From Candidatus Fervidifonticultor sextus (GTDB taxonomy: Bacteria; Sysuimicrobiota; Sysuimicrobiia; Sysuimicrobiales; Humicultoraceae), in the NCBI GenBank assembly GCA_031459875.1, contig JAVKHQ010000014.1:1-64000 (forward strand): a stretch of DNA of 64,000 nt. The letters are read 5' to 3'. Positions 51,244-61,481 of this stretch are shown here, in pieces. Positions within the stretch are counted from its first letter, which is position 1, and each line of letters begins with the position of its first letter. The notes under the pieces were generated by a model. It was not told the origin of the DNA and made no database searches. It worked only from the letters and a program-made list of their open reading frames with translations. Position numbers and translations under genes: made by a program.

Positions 51244-51948
51244 CTACAGGTAGTGCGGGATGGCTTCCCGCCAGAGGGGCCAGTCGTGCCCGTAGCCCCA
51301 CCAGATGGCCAGGTCGTGGGGGACGGCCTTCGCCGTCAGGGTCTCTGAGATGAACCGCGTCGAGCCCAGGGCGACGTCGTGCTCGCCCGCCAGCAGCACG
51401 ATCTGGAGCCGCCGCATGGGGGCCAGGTAGGTCTCGTCGGTCAGGTTGGGGAGGAAGTCCGAGGGGCAGTTGAAGTAGGCGTCCTCATCGTAGTAGCCGT
51501 CGAGGAAGGGTTTGATGTCGTAGCGACCCGACAGCGCCACCAATTTGGCGAACAGCGACGGGTGCCGGAAGACGAGGTTGACGGCGTGATAGGCGCCGAA
51601 GGACGTGCCCGTCACGGTGAGCGGGTGGCCGGTGCGCTCGCGAATGAAGGGGATGTACTCGTTCAGGACGTACCGTTCGTAGTCCAGGTGCCGCAGGATG
51701 CGCTGCCGCGGCGGGACGGCCCGGTTGTACCAGGACTCGGCGTCGACGCTGTCGAGGCAGTAGAGCCGGATGAGCCCCGCGTCAATCTTGGATTCCAGGG
51801 CGGCGACCATCCCGAAGTCCTCGTACTGGTAGAAGCGTCCCATGGTGGTGGGGAACACCAGGACCGGAGCCCCGGCGTGTCCGAAGATCAGGGTCTCCAT
51901 GGTGCGGCCGAGGGCGGGGCTCACCCAGTGGTAATATTCGCGGTTCAT
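51244..51948 (-). CDS. Alpha/beta-hydrolase (putative esterase family)
   Basis: FGHAGAPVLVFPT, GTSFG nucleophile elbow, GHDWPLW. Confidence 0.85.
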   Translation of the reverse strand: MNREYYHWVSPALGRTMETLIFGHAGAPVLVFPTTMGRFYQYEDFGMVAALESKIDAGLIRLYCLDSVDAESWYNRAVPPRQRILRHLDYERYVLNEYIPFIRERTGHPLTVTGTSFGAYHAVNLVFRHPSLFAKLVALSGRYDIKPFLDGYYDEDAYFNCPSDFLPNLTDETYLAPMRRLQIVLLAGEHDVALGSTRFISETLTAKAVPHDLAIWWGYGHDWPLWREAIPHYL

Positions 51949-52081
51949 CGTGCAGGTTCCACTATAGGGTTGCGCGCTCATCTGAGGGGTTCCTGCCCCC
52001 GCCGCGAGGAGGCGGGCAGGGGCGCTGCGGACACGCGCCGAAGTCTGCGGTTGGGATCCTATCCTGCAGGGGGTATGCCCC

Positions 52082-53428
52082 ATGATGCGCATAGTGGGTG
52101 CGAGTACGGCCATCGTGTTGATCGTGGCCATGGCGACCGGGCCCGCGGTGCGTCCCGCCGCCGGCCAGCAGCGCGTCCAGCTCGACTTCTGGTATGGTCT
52201 GGGGCGGCCCCTGGGCGACTACATTGACGAGTTCGCCCGGGCCTTCAACGCCTCGCAGACCCGCTACCAGGTCAACGCCACGTTCAAGGGCGGCTACGCC
52301 GACACCATGGTGGCCGCGATTGCGGCGTTCCGCGCCGGGAACCCGCCGCACATCGTCCAGATGTTCGAGGTGGGCACCGCGACCATGATGGCTGCCAGGG
52401 GGGCCATCAAGCCCGTCCACGAACTGATGAAGGAAGCCGGCGTGCCCTTCGACCCCAGCATCTACATCCCCGCGGTGCGCAGCTACTACAGCACCGCCGA
52501 CGGCAAGATGGTGGCCATGCCGTTCAACACCTCGACGCCCATTCTCTGGTACAATAAGGAAGCCTTCAGGAAGGCCGGTCTCGACCCCAACAATCCACCC
52601 AAGACCTGGCCTGAACTGCGGGCGGCCGCCCAGCGGATCCGGGCGACCAACGCCGCCCCCTGCGGGTACACCACAGCCTGGCCGACCTGGGTGCACTTCG
52701 AGAACTTCAGCGCCATCCACGACGTGCCGCTGGCGACCAGGGCCAACGGGTTTGAGGGCCTCGATGCCGAGTTGACCTTCAACAGTCCGCTCCACGTCAG
52801 GCACCTGCAGTTCCTGATCGACATGTTGAAGGAGGGCACCTTCAAGTACGGGGGCCGCGACGGGGCAGGCGACGCGCTGTTCCCGTCCGGGGAGTGCGCC
52901 ATGGACACCATGTCCTCGGCGCTGTTCGCCCGCGTGCGCCGCGAGGCGAAGTTCGACTGGGGTGTGGGGTTCCTGCCCTACTGGCCCGACGTCAAGGGCG
53001 CCCCGAAGAACTCCATCATCGGGGGAGCCGCGTTCTGGGTCATGACCTCGCCGCGGCGGACGGCCGAGGAGTACAGGGGGGTCGCGGAGTTCTTCCGGTT
53101 CATCAGCACCCCGGAGAACACGGCCAAGTGGCACATGGAGACGGGGTATGTGCCGATCACCTTCACCGGCATGCAGCTGGCCAACGCCATGGGCTACTAT
53201 CAGTCGAATCCCGGGACCGACATCCCGATGAAGCAGCTCACCCGCACTCCGCCCACGAAGAACTCCATGGGGCTGCGGCTGGGCAACATGCCGCAGATCC
53301 GCGTCATCATCTACGAGGAGATCGAGAAGGCGTTCCAGGGCCAGCAGTCGGCCAAGGAGGCTCTGGACAACGCGGTGCGCCGTGGCAATCAGGTCCTGCG
53401 GCAGTTTGAGCGCACGGCCAAGGACTGA
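52082..53428 (+). CDS. ugpB: sn-glycerol-3-phosphate ABC substrate-binding protein
   Basis: AIAAFRAGNPPHIVQMFEVGTATMM, ENFSAIH, GLRLGN. Confidence 0.9.
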   Translation: MMRIVGASTAIVLIVAMATGPAVRPAAGQQRVQLDFWYGLGRPLGDYIDEFARAFNASQTRYQVNATFKGGYADTMVAAIAAFRAGNPPHIVQMFEVGTATMMAARGAIKPVHELMKEAGVPFDPSIYIPAVRSYYSTADGKMVAMPFNTSTPILWYNKEAFRKAGLDPNNPPKTWPELRAAAQRIRATNAAPCGYTTAWPTWVHFENFSAIHDVPLATRANGFEGLDAELTFNSPLHVRHLQFLIDMLKEGTFKYGGRDGAGDALFPSGECAMDTMSSALFARVRREAKFDWGVGFLPYWPDVKGAPKNSIIGGAAFWVMTSPRRTAEEYRGVAEFFRFISTPENTAKWHMETGYVPITFTGMQLANAMGYYQSNPGTDIPMKQLTRTPPTKNSMGLRLGNMPQIRVIIYEEIEKAFQGQQSAKEALDNAVRRGNQVLRQFERTAKD

Positions 53429-53454
53429 AGGCGCTGACGCCATCTGAAGGCCAC

Positions 53455-53496
53455 CCCCCGGTTCCGCCGGACCCCGCACGGCGGCGGAGCCGGGGG
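53455..53496 (+). other. Intercistronic 15-bp stem-loop after ugpB (mRNA stabiliser/attenuator)
   Basis: CCCCCGGTTCCGCCG...CGGCGGAGCCGGGGG with one G-U pair. Confidence 0.55.
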
Positions 53497-53516
53497 CGTG
53501 TGTCGGAGGCCAGTCC

Positions 53517-54398
53517 GTGACGCGACGGGTGGTCTTTCCCAACCGCATCCTTCCCTACCTGCTGCTGGCTCCGCAACTGGCCATCGTCTTTGTGTTCTTC
53601 TACTGGCCGGCCGGACAGGCGCTCTTCCAGTCGGTGGTGCGTCAGGACCCGTTCGGGACGCGCACCACCTTCGTCTGGTTCGAAAACTTCAAGATGGTCC
53701 TCGGCGATCCGTCGTACCTGGGCGCGGTGCGCACGACCGTGCTCTCCTCGGCCGCGATCATCCTGCTGGCCATGTCGGCGGGGCTCCTGCTGGCCGTCAC
53801 CGCCGACAAACCGATCCGGGGAGCCGGGGTCTACAAGACGCTGTTGCTGTGGCCCTATGCCGTGGCTCCGGCCGTGGCCGCGGCGTTGTGGTTGTTCATC
53901 TTCCACCCGTCCATCGGCATCCTCGGCCGCGCCCTGAACCAGATGGGCCTGCACTGGGACTACTACCTGAACGGCGCGCAGGCGCTGTTCCTGATCATTC
54001 TGGCTGCGTCGTGGAAGCAGGTGAGCTACAACTTCATCTTCTTTCTGGCCGGCCTGCAGTCCATCCCCCGGTCGGTGGTGGAGGCCGCGGCCGTGGACGG
54101 GGCCGGGGGGCGCCAGCGGTTCTGGAAGGTCGTCTTCCCCCTCCTGTCGCCGACGACGTTCTTCCTGCTGGTCGTCAACCTGATCTACGCCTTCATCGAC
54201 ACCTTCGGCGTGATCCACTCGCTGACACGGGGAGGCCCCGGAAAGGCCACGGAGACCCTGGTCTACAAGGTGTACGTGGACGGGGTCATCAACCTGGACC
54301 TGGGCGGCTCGTCGGCGCAATCGGTGATCCTCCTGCTGGTGGTCATCACGGTGACGGCCCTGCAGTTTCGATTCGTCGAGCGCCGGGTGCACTACTGA
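53517..54398 (+). CDS. ugpA: G3P ABC permease
   Basis: [26 protein letters not shown]. Confidence 0.9.
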   Translation: MTRRVVFPNRILPYLLLAPQLAIVFVFFYWPAGQALFQSVVRQDPFGTRTTFVWFENFKMVLGDPSYLGAVRTTVLSSAAIILLAMSAGLLLAVTADKPIRGAGVYKTLLLWPYAVAPAVAAALWLFIFHPSIGILGRALNQMGLHWDYYLNGAQALFLIILAASWKQVSYNFIFFLAGLQSIPRSVVEAAAVDGAGGRQRFWKVVFPLLSPTTFFLLVVNLIYAFIDTFGVIHSLTRGGPGKATETLVYKVYVDGVINLDLGGSSAQSVILLLVVITVTALQFRFVERRVHY

Positions 54399-55291
54399 TG
54401 CGCGAGGCGGTGCTCCCCCGCGTCGAGACCGCTGCCCCCGCGCGGATGCGGTGGCGACCCACCCAGTGGCTGGCCCACCTCATCCTGATCGTCGGGGTGG
54501 CGACCTTTGCCTTCCCGGTCTACATGGCCGTCATCGGCTCGACCCACGATGCGCCCACGATCGCCCGAGGCGAAATGCCGCTGACGCCGGGGCCCTACGC
54601 CATTGAGAACTACCGGCAGGCCTGGACCTCCGGCCAGGGCGAGCGGGTGAAGGCCTCCCCGGTCAGCCGGATGATGCTGAACAGCCTGGTCATGGCGCTG
54701 GTGATCGCCTCGGGCAAGATCGCCGTGTCCATCATCTCGGCCTTTGCGGTGGCATTCTTCCACTTCCCCCTCCGCATGTTCTTCTTCTGGATGATCTTCA
54801 TCACCCTGATGCTTCCGGTCGAGGTGCGGATCATCCCGACCTACAAGGTGGTCTCCGACCTGGGGCTCATCAACACATTTGCGGGCCTGACCATTCCGCT
54901 CATCGCGTCGGCTACGGCGACGCTGATCTTTCGTCAGTTCTTCCTGACCGTTCCCGACGAACTCGTGGACGCGGCCAAGGTGGACGGGGCCGGTCCGCTG
55001 CGGTTCTTCTGGAGCATCCTGTTGCCGCTGTCCAGCACCACGGTTGCCGCGCTGTTCATCATCCTCTTCGTCTACGGATGGAACCAGTACCTGTGGCCGC
55101 TGTTGATCACCACCGCGCGGGAGATGGACACCATCGTCATCGGAATCACCAAGATGATCGGCAGCGCCGAGGCCCAGACCGACTGGCAGATCATCATGGC
55201 GACCTCGGTGCTGGCCATGCTCCCGCCGGTGGCGGTGGTGATCCTGATGCAACGGTGGTTCGTCAAGGGCCTGACCGAGACCGAGAAGTGA
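54398..55291 (+). CDS. ugpE: G3P ABC permease
   Basis: LMLPVEVRIIPTY, IASATAT, WFVKGLTETEK. Confidence 0.9.
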   Translation: MREAVLPRVETAAPARMRWRPTQWLAHLILIVGVATFAFPVYMAVIGSTHDAPTIARGEMPLTPGPYAIENYRQAWTSGQGERVKASPVSRMMLNSLVMALVIASGKIAVSIISAFAVAFFHFPLRMFFFWMIFITLMLPVEVRIIPTYKVVSDLGLINTFAGLTIPLIASATATLIFRQFFLTVPDELVDAAKVDGAGPLRFFWSILLPLSSTTVAALFIILFVYGWNQYLWPLLITTAREMDTIVIGITKMIGSAEAQTDWQIIMATSVLAMLPPVAVVILMQRWFVKGLTETEK

Positions 55292-56349
55292 GCGCCCGGG
55301 CCATCCAACCCGTGCTGGACGCGCTGAGGGCGTGGCGGCCTCCCAAGGAATGGGCCGCCGTGACCGTCGTGGACGCCCACGCTGCCGGTGAGCCCCTCCG
55401 GGTCGTCACCGGCGGCGTGCCGCCGATCCCCGGCCGGACGATGCTGGAGAAGCGGCGGTACGCGCAAACCCACCTGGATCGCCTGCGCCGTCTGGTGATC
55501 TGTGAACCGCGGGGGCACGCCGATATGTACGCGTGCCTGGTGACCGAGCCGGTGACACCGGACGGCGACCTCGGGGTGCTGTTCCTCCACAACGAGGGCT
55601 TCAGCACCATGTGCGGACACGGCATCATCGGGCTGGTCACGGTCCTCCTGGAGACCGGCGCCGTGGCCGCGGAGGGAACTGTCCCCACCCTGCGGCTGGA
55701 CACCCCGGCCGGCCGGGTGACCGCCTGGGCTCGCATGCGCGAGGGCCGGGTCGCCAGCGTGGCATTCGAGAATGTGCCCTCCTTCGTTTACGCCCTGGAT
55801 CAGGCGGCCGAGGTGCCCGGGTTCGGCCGGGTGCGCTACGACGTGGCCTTCGGCGGCGCGTTCTATGCCTACGGCGAGGCGGCCGACCTGGGCGTCCGGC
55901 TGGTTCCCGGAGCATTCCGCCGGCTCATCGAGGTCGGGACCGCGGTCACGCGCGCCGTGGCCTCTACCCTTCCGGTGCGCCATCCGGACGCTCCCGACCT
56001 CGGGTTCGTCTACGGCACGATCATCACGGGCCCACCGGAGGGCTCAGGCGCCCACAGCCGCAACGTCTGCATCTTCGCCGACGGCCAGGTGGACCGGTCG
56101 CCGACCGGCACCGGCGTAAGCGGGCGGCTGGCGATCGAGTTCACCCGCCGCCGGCTGGACGTCGGACAGCCGTTCGTGGTGGAGAGCCTGATCGGCACTA
56201 CCTTTACCGGGCGCATTCTGCGGACCGTCAACGTCGGGGACGTCCCCGGGGTGATTCCCGAGATCGAGGGGGCGGCATACGTTACAGGCCACAGCGAACT
56301 CGTGGTGGCCCCGGGCGATCCCCTGGAGACCGGCTTCCTCCTGCGGTAG
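55288..56349 (+). CDS. Proline racemase superfamily, Cys/Thr type (trans-3-hydroxy-L-proline dehydratase-like)
   Basis: DAHAAGEPLR, EPRGHADMY, STMCGHG, DRSPTGTG. Confidence 0.88.
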   Translation: MSARAIQPVLDALRAWRPPKEWAAVTVVDAHAAGEPLRVVTGGVPPIPGRTMLEKRRYAQTHLDRLRRLVICEPRGHADMYACLVTEPVTPDGDLGVLFLHNEGFSTMCGHGIIGLVTVLLETGAVAAEGTVPTLRLDTPAGRVTAWARMREGRVASVAFENVPSFVYALDQAAEVPGFGRVRYDVAFGGAFYAYGEAADLGVRLVPGAFRRLIEVGTAVTRAVASTLPVRHPDAPDLGFVYGTIITGPPEGSGAHSRNVCIFADGQVDRSPTGTGVSGRLAIEFTRRRLDVGQPFVVESLIGTTFTGRILRTVNVGDVPGVIPEIEGAAYVTGHSELVVAPGDPLETGFLLR

Positions 56350-56353
56350 GAGT

Positions 56354-57193
56354 ATGTGGGCCCTGATGACCGTGGCGCTCGGCCTGCTGGCTCTGGTGGC
56401 CGGCCCGGCGGTCTCCCCCACCGTGGACGTCCACGCCCACCGAGGCGGCGCCGGGCTGGCACCGGAGAACACCTTAGCCGCTTTCCGCAACGCCCTGGCG
56501 CTGGGCGCAGACTACCTCGAGATGGACCTCCATGCTTCCGCAGAGGGCGAGGTGGTGGTCATCCACGATGCGACGCTGCAGCGCACCACCACCGGGCGCG
56601 GCTACGTGCGGCAGACGCCGCTGGCCGAACTCAAGCGCCTGGATGCCGGATCCTGGTTCCACAGCCGGTTCGCCGGTGAGCGGATTCCGACCCTGCGCGA
56701 GGTGCTGGAGATGGTCCGCGCTTCGGGCGACACCCGCATCCGCTTGAATCTGGAGACCAAGTACGATGCCAATGCGCCGCCGCCCGCCGACTTCGAGGAA
56801 CGCATCCTCGGGCTCGTGCGCGAGGCGGGGATGAGTGACCGCATCCTCCTCCAGTCTTTCTTCTCTCCTTCGTTGGTCCGGGTGAGGGCTCTCAGTGCCG
56901 CCGTCCCGACCGCCGTGCTCCGCCGCGTCAGCGACATCCCGTCCGACGCCGTGGCGGTGGTCCGCGAGGTCCGGGCCAGCGTCTACTCCCCGAACTTCAG
57001 GCTCATCGGGCCCGACCTCGTCGAGGCGCTCCACCGCGCCGGCGTGCCCGTGGTCCCCTGGACGGTCAACGAGCCTGCGGACATGGAGCGGCTGCTGGAG
57101 GCGGGCATCGGGAGGCTTCCCGGCGACGGGATCATCACCGACTACCCCGACCGCCTGCTCCAGCTCCTGCGCGCCCGGGGGCTGCACCGCTAG
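56354..57193 (+). CDS. Glycerophosphodiester phosphodiesterase with signal peptide
   Basis: AHRGG...PENTLAAF, EMD, HD, WTVN, DGIITDYP. Confidence 0.9.
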   Translation: MWALMTVALGLLALVAGPAVSPTVDVHAHRGGAGLAPENTLAAFRNALALGADYLEMDLHASAEGEVVVIHDATLQRTTTGRGYVRQTPLAELKRLDAGSWFHSRFAGERIPTLREVLEMVRASGDTRIRLNLETKYDANAPPPADFEERILGLVREAGMSDRILLQSFFSPSLVRVRALSAAVPTAVLRRVSDIPSDAVAVVREVRASVYSPNFRLIGPDLVEALHRAGVPVVPWTVNEPADMERLLEAGIGRLPGDGIITDYPDRLLQLLRARGLHR

Positions 57194-57282
57194 CGGCCGT
57201 CCGTCGGCTCCGGATCATCTGCGGCAGGGAGGAGCCCGCGCACCGCCGAACCCCGCCATGCGCTCGGCAGGATGGTGGGGGG

Positions 57283-57741
57283 TTGCCTGCGGCACCGAGC
57301 CGGTCTTCGAGGGCGGAGGCGCTTGCACTCCGGCGCAGCCTCGTTCGTCTGGTGCGGCGCCAGGTCGCCGCGCTGAACCGGCGGGACCTGGACGGCCTGA
57401 TGGCCCTGTACGCCGACGACGCGGTGCTGGAGTTTCCCGCCAGCCCCGTCCTCACCGGGCGGAGCGCCATCCGGAAGGCCTACGAGCGCTTCTTCCGCGA
57501 CTGGGAGGAACAGGTGACCCTCAAAAACGTGGAGGTACAAGGACAGGTGGTCACCGCCCGCGGCATCGCCAGGGGCCGGCACCGCGCCGTCCAGTTGCGC
57601 ATTCCCGGGCAGGTGCCCGTCCCGCTGCAGGCCTACCGGCACACCTTCATCGTGTCGTGGGAGATCGCGGACAACAGGATCCGTCGTCACCGCGTGGACT
57701 ACGACACCGAAGGCCTGGTGCGGCAGTTGCTGGGCGTGTGA
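57283..57741 (+). CDS. SnoaL/NTF2-like protein
   Basis: ALNRRDLDGLMALYADDAV...GRSAIRKAY...YDT. Confidence 0.75.
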   Translation: MPAAPSRSSRAEALALRRSLVRLVRRQVAALNRRDLDGLMALYADDAVLEFPASPVLTGRSAIRKAYERFFRDWEEQVTLKNVEVQGQVVTARGIARGRHRAVQLRIPGQVPVPLQAYRHTFIVSWEIADNRIRRHRVDYDTEGLVRQLLGV

Positions 57742-57755
57742 GGAAGGACAGGCCG

Positions 57756-58718
57756 ATGGACGCGGTCACCGCCGTCGCGTCGCTGGCGGAGCGGCTGCGG
57801 GCCAACGTCGAGCGGGTGATCGTCGGCAAGGCCGACGTCATCGAGCAGGCGCTGGTCGCGGTGCTGTGCGAGGGCCACATCCTCATCGAGGATGTACCCG
57901 GCATCGGCAAGACCATGCTGGCCAAGGCCCTGGCGCGGTCGCTGGGGTGCTCCTTCCGCCGGATCCAGTGCACCCCCGATTTGCTGCCTTCAGACATCAC
58001 CGGTCTGGAGTACTACAACCAGAAGATCCAGACGTTCGAGTTCCGTCCCGGGCCGGTCTTCGCGCAGATCGTACTGGCCGACGAGATCAACCGGGCCACA
58101 CCCCGCACCCAGGCGGCGTTGCTGGAGTGCATGGAAGAACGCCAGGTGACCAGCGAGGGACAGACGCGGCCCCTGGCCCGGCCGTTTGTGGTGCTCGCCA
58201 CCCAGAACCCCGTTGAACTGCAGGGGACCTTTCCGCTGCCGGAGGCCCAGCTCGACCGGTTCCTGATGCGCCTGGTGCTCGGCTATCCGTCGGCGGCCGA
58301 CGAACAGGAGATCCTGCGCCGGTACCGGATCGGTCGCATCCTGGATGACCTCCAGCCGGTAGCGGCGCCGGAGGAGGTCCTGAGCATGATCGAAGCGGTG
58401 CGCACGGTCTACGTCAGCCCGGCCGTCGAGGCGTACGTCGTCGCCATCGCGCACGCCACCCGGATCCACCCCGAGGTCGAACTGGGCCTGAGCCCGCGCG
58501 GCAGCCTGAGCCTGCACCGGACCGCCCAGGCCCTGGCGGCCGTCGGGGGCCGCCGCTATGTCCTGCCGGACGATGTGAAGGCGATGGCGCCGCCGGTGTG
58601 CGCGCACCGCTTGATCCTCACCAGCGGCGCGCGGCTGCGGGACCGCACCGCGACCGAGATCATCGGCGAGGTCCTCCGCACCGTCCCGGCACCGGTGGAG
58701 CGCGAAGCGCGGCCGTAG
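57756..58718 (+). CDS. MoxR-family AAA+ ATPase
   Basis: EDVPGIGKT, RIQCTPDLLPSD, DEINRA, ATQNP. Confidence 0.93.
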   Translation: MDAVTAVASLAERLRANVERVIVGKADVIEQALVAVLCEGHILIEDVPGIGKTMLAKALARSLGCSFRRIQCTPDLLPSDITGLEYYNQKIQTFEFRPGPVFAQIVLADEINRATPRTQAALLECMEERQVTSEGQTRPLARPFVVLATQNPVELQGTFPLPEAQLDRFLMRLVLGYPSAADEQEILRRYRIGRILDDLQPVAAPEEVLSMIEAVRTVYVSPAVEAYVVAIAHATRIHPEVELGLSPRGSLSLHRTAQALAAVGGRRYVLPDDVKAMAPPVCAHRLILTSGARLRDRTATEIIGEVLRTVPAPVEREARP

Positions 58719-58747
58719 GGAGTGACCACCAGGGAGCGCGGCCCGTC

Positions 58748-59971
58748 ATGTTCTCCCGGGGCTGGCTGATCCTCGGGGCGCTACTGCTCGGTTTTGGCTT
58801 GGCCGTGCACTCGGGCGGGCCGTTCCTGATCGGCGCGATTCTGCTGCTCGGCGCGGGGGCTTCGTATCTCTCACACCGCTACTGCCTGGAGTGCGTGGAG
58901 TTCCGGCGGTCGTTCGTTCCCCGGCGGGCTTTCTATGGGGAGACCGTTACGCTCATCCTGGAGGTGACCAACCGCAAGTGGCTGCCGCTCGCCTGGCTGG
59001 AGGTGACCGACGAACTTCCCGAGGAGATCGTCCCCCAACGCGGCCGGATTATCCCCAGCGTGCGGCAACGCCGCCAGCACCTGCTCCACCTGTTCTCGCT
59101 GCGGTGGTTCGAACGCGTCCGGCGGCGGGTCACCGTGATGTGCACGGCCAGGGGGTATTTCGCCCTGGGGCCCGCGCGTCTGCGATCGGGCGACCTCTTC
59201 GGGATCACGTCGAACGGGAAGACCCTGGAGGAGACCGACCGCCTCATCGTCTACCCCAAGATCGTGCCCCTGGAAGCCCTGGGCCTTCCGGCGCTGCACC
59301 CCCTGGGGGACCAGCGCGCCCCGCGGCCGCTGCTTGAAGATCCGGTCCGCACCGTCGGCGTGCGCGACTACCTGCCCGAGGACCCCATGCGGCGTGTCCA
59401 CTGGAAGGCTACCGCCCGCGCCGGTCGCCTGCAGACCCGGCAGTACGAGGCCACGACGGCGCACCGCCTAGTCGTCATGCTGAACATGGACACCCTGGGG
59501 GAATACGCCGGGTACCGGGGGTTCGTACGCCCGCTGCTCGAGTTGAGCATCATGGTGGCGGCGTCGCTTGCCGCGTGGGCGACCGATCAGGGGATTCCCG
59601 TCGGGGTCTACGCCAACGGGTATCTCCCCGGGGGTCTGCAGCGCGTGCGCCTGGCGCCAGCGCTGGGAGAGGCGCACCTGACCGGGATCCTGGAGGCCCT
59701 GGCGAAGGTCTTCCCCACCCCGGTCATCCCGCTGGGCGACCTGATGGCGCTGGAGGCGGGGGTGTTGCCGTGGGGGACGACGGCGGTCGTCGTCACGGCG
59801 GTGATCGATTCCCCGCTCCTGGCGGGCATCCGGATGCTGCGGGACGCCGGGCATGCCGTGGTTTTGGTGCTGGTCGGCGATCAGGTGCAGGACCCGCACC
59901 TCGGGACCCCGACCCACCGGGTGAAGGGCGAGGTGGGCTGGCGTGCGATGGACGAGATCCGCCTCGTCTGA
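58748..59971 (+). CDS. DUF58 protein
   Basis: VRDYLPEDPMRRVHWKATAR. Confidence 0.88.
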   Translation: MFSRGWLILGALLLGFGLAVHSGGPFLIGAILLLGAGASYLSHRYCLECVEFRRSFVPRRAFYGETVTLILEVTNRKWLPLAWLEVTDELPEEIVPQRGRIIPSVRQRRQHLLHLFSLRWFERVRRRVTVMCTARGYFALGPARLRSGDLFGITSNGKTLEETDRLIVYPKIVPLEALGLPALHPLGDQRAPRPLLEDPVRTVGVRDYLPEDPMRRVHWKATARAGRLQTRQYEATTAHRLVVMLNMDTLGEYAGYRGFVRPLLELSIMVAASLAAWATDQGIPVGVYANGYLPGGLQRVRLAPALGEAHLTGILEALAKVFPTPVIPLGDLMALEAGVLPWGTTAVVVTAVIDSPLLAGIRMLRDAGHAVVLVLVGDQVQDPHLGTPTHRVKGEVGWRAMDEIRLV

Positions 59972-61481
59972 GCCGCCGGGCGCAGGCGGCGGGGCCGGCG
60001 GCCGCGCGGAGCCCCCCTGGTCTGGCCGGGGCCCGGCCGGATTCTGGGAGGGCCTCCGGCGCGTGCTCCCGCCGGCGCGCGTGGCGATGGAGTTCTGCTG
60101 GCTCTATCCCTGGATCGTCGTGCTGGGCGGCGGGTTCTACGGCGCGACGGGTCCCGTCCTGTCGAGGGGATGGGCGTTTGTCCTCCTGGTGGGGGCACAG
60201 GTGGCGGTCAGGCCGGTGCTCGACCGGGGAATCCCCCTGCCCCGCGCCCGCGCGGTGCTGGTGGGAGTGGGGCTGGGCCTGGGCTTGCTTGCCGTGCACG
60301 CACAGCACTACGCCGTCATCCCCCTCTGGAGCCCGACCTGGGTGGCTTCGCTGCTGCAGGCCGCGCACGAGACGCTGCCGGCGGTCCCCAAGCCGGTGGC
60401 CGGTGCGCTGGCCGCAGCCCTGCTGTGGTGGCGGGGTTTGGTCCTCGGCGCACGCGCGGCCAGCGCCATTGAGGTCGAGCAGGCCTACCGGACCGGCGTC
60501 GGCATGGTCGTCCTCTACGTCGTTGCGGCTGCGATCTACGGCGACACGCAGGCGTTCCAGGCGGCGGGTCCCGCGCTGCCGGGTCTGCTGCCGGCGTTCT
60601 TCTTCCTCGGCCTGTCTGTGCTGGCGCTGATGCGCCTGGCGGTGATCTGGGATCGCATTCGGCCCGACGAGCGGACGCACTTTCCCGCGCGGGTCTGGCT
60701 GCTGCTGGTGATCGGCGTGGTGGGGGTGATCCTGCTGGCCGCCGGTGCGGCGGCCGGCCTGGCCGCGGCCGACGTCTCCACCTACCTGGGGCTGGCGCTG
60801 AGCCCGCTGTTGCCGGTAGTCGAGATTCTCTTCCTGGTGCTGTTCGTGGTTGCGGGGATTCTGGTCAGACTGCTGATCGCCGTGCTCTCGCGGCTGCCGT
60901 ACAGGGAGATGCCCGATCTCCAGACGCCGCCGACGGTATTCGACGACCTGTTGCGCCGCCTGCGCGAACTCGAGATGAACCCGCAGATGGTGGAAGGGGC
61001 CCGGTGGGGGATGGTAGCGCTGGTGGTGCTCCTGCTGGTCATCGCGATGGCATTGACCATCGTGCTGATGCGCCGACGCGAGGGGTCACCGGACGAAGAC
61101 CAGCGCGAGTCGGTGTGGTCGGCGCGCGAGCTGCTGCGGGGACTGACCGGGGTGCTGCCGCGAATCGGCCGTCCTCGGCCGCCCGCGGAGGATCGGGCCG
61201 GGCCGACGGCAGGGACGATTCGGAGGATCTATCGGGAGTTGCTGCGCCTGGGCGGCACGCAGGGGACGCCGCGCCCGTCCTGGATGACGCCGCGTGAGCA
61301 CGAGCCGCGACTCCGGGGCGTCTTCACCAGAGCCGCCGAGGACGTGGGCGTGCTCACCGCGGCCTACGAACGTGTCCGCTACGGCGGCGCCCGCCCCACG
61401 GCGGCGGAGGTCCGGGCCGCCGGGGAGGCGCTCGAACGGATCAAAGCCTCGCTGGCGCCGGGTCCGGGGGCGGCGGGCTAG
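59943..61481 (+). CDS. Polytopic membrane protein with C-terminal DUF4129
   Basis: Multiple TMs; IRRIY...TPREH...LTAAYERVRYG; start uncertain. Confidence 0.75.
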   Translation: MRWTRSASSEPPGAGGGAGGRAEPPWSGRGPAGFWEGLRRVLPPARVAMEFCWLYPWIVVLGGGFYGATGPVLSRGWAFVLLVGAQVAVRPVLDRGIPLPRARAVLVGVGLGLGLLAVHAQHYAVIPLWSPTWVASLLQAAHETLPAVPKPVAGALAAALLWWRGLVLGARAASAIEVEQAYRTGVGMVVLYVVAAAIYGDTQAFQAAGPALPGLLPAFFFLGLSVLALMRLAVIWDRIRPDERTHFPARVWLLLVIGVVGVILLAAGAAAGLAAADVSTYLGLALSPLLPVVEILFLVLFVVAGILVRLLIAVLSRLPYREMPDLQTPPTVFDDLLRRLRELEMNPQMVEGARWGMVALVVLLLVIAMALTIVLMRRREGSPDEDQRESVWSARELLRGLTGVLPRIGRPRPPAEDRAGPTAGTIRRIYRELLRLGGTQGTPRPSWMTPREHEPRLRGVFTRAAEDVGVLTAAYERVRYGGARPTAAEVRAAGEALERIKASLAPGPGAAG

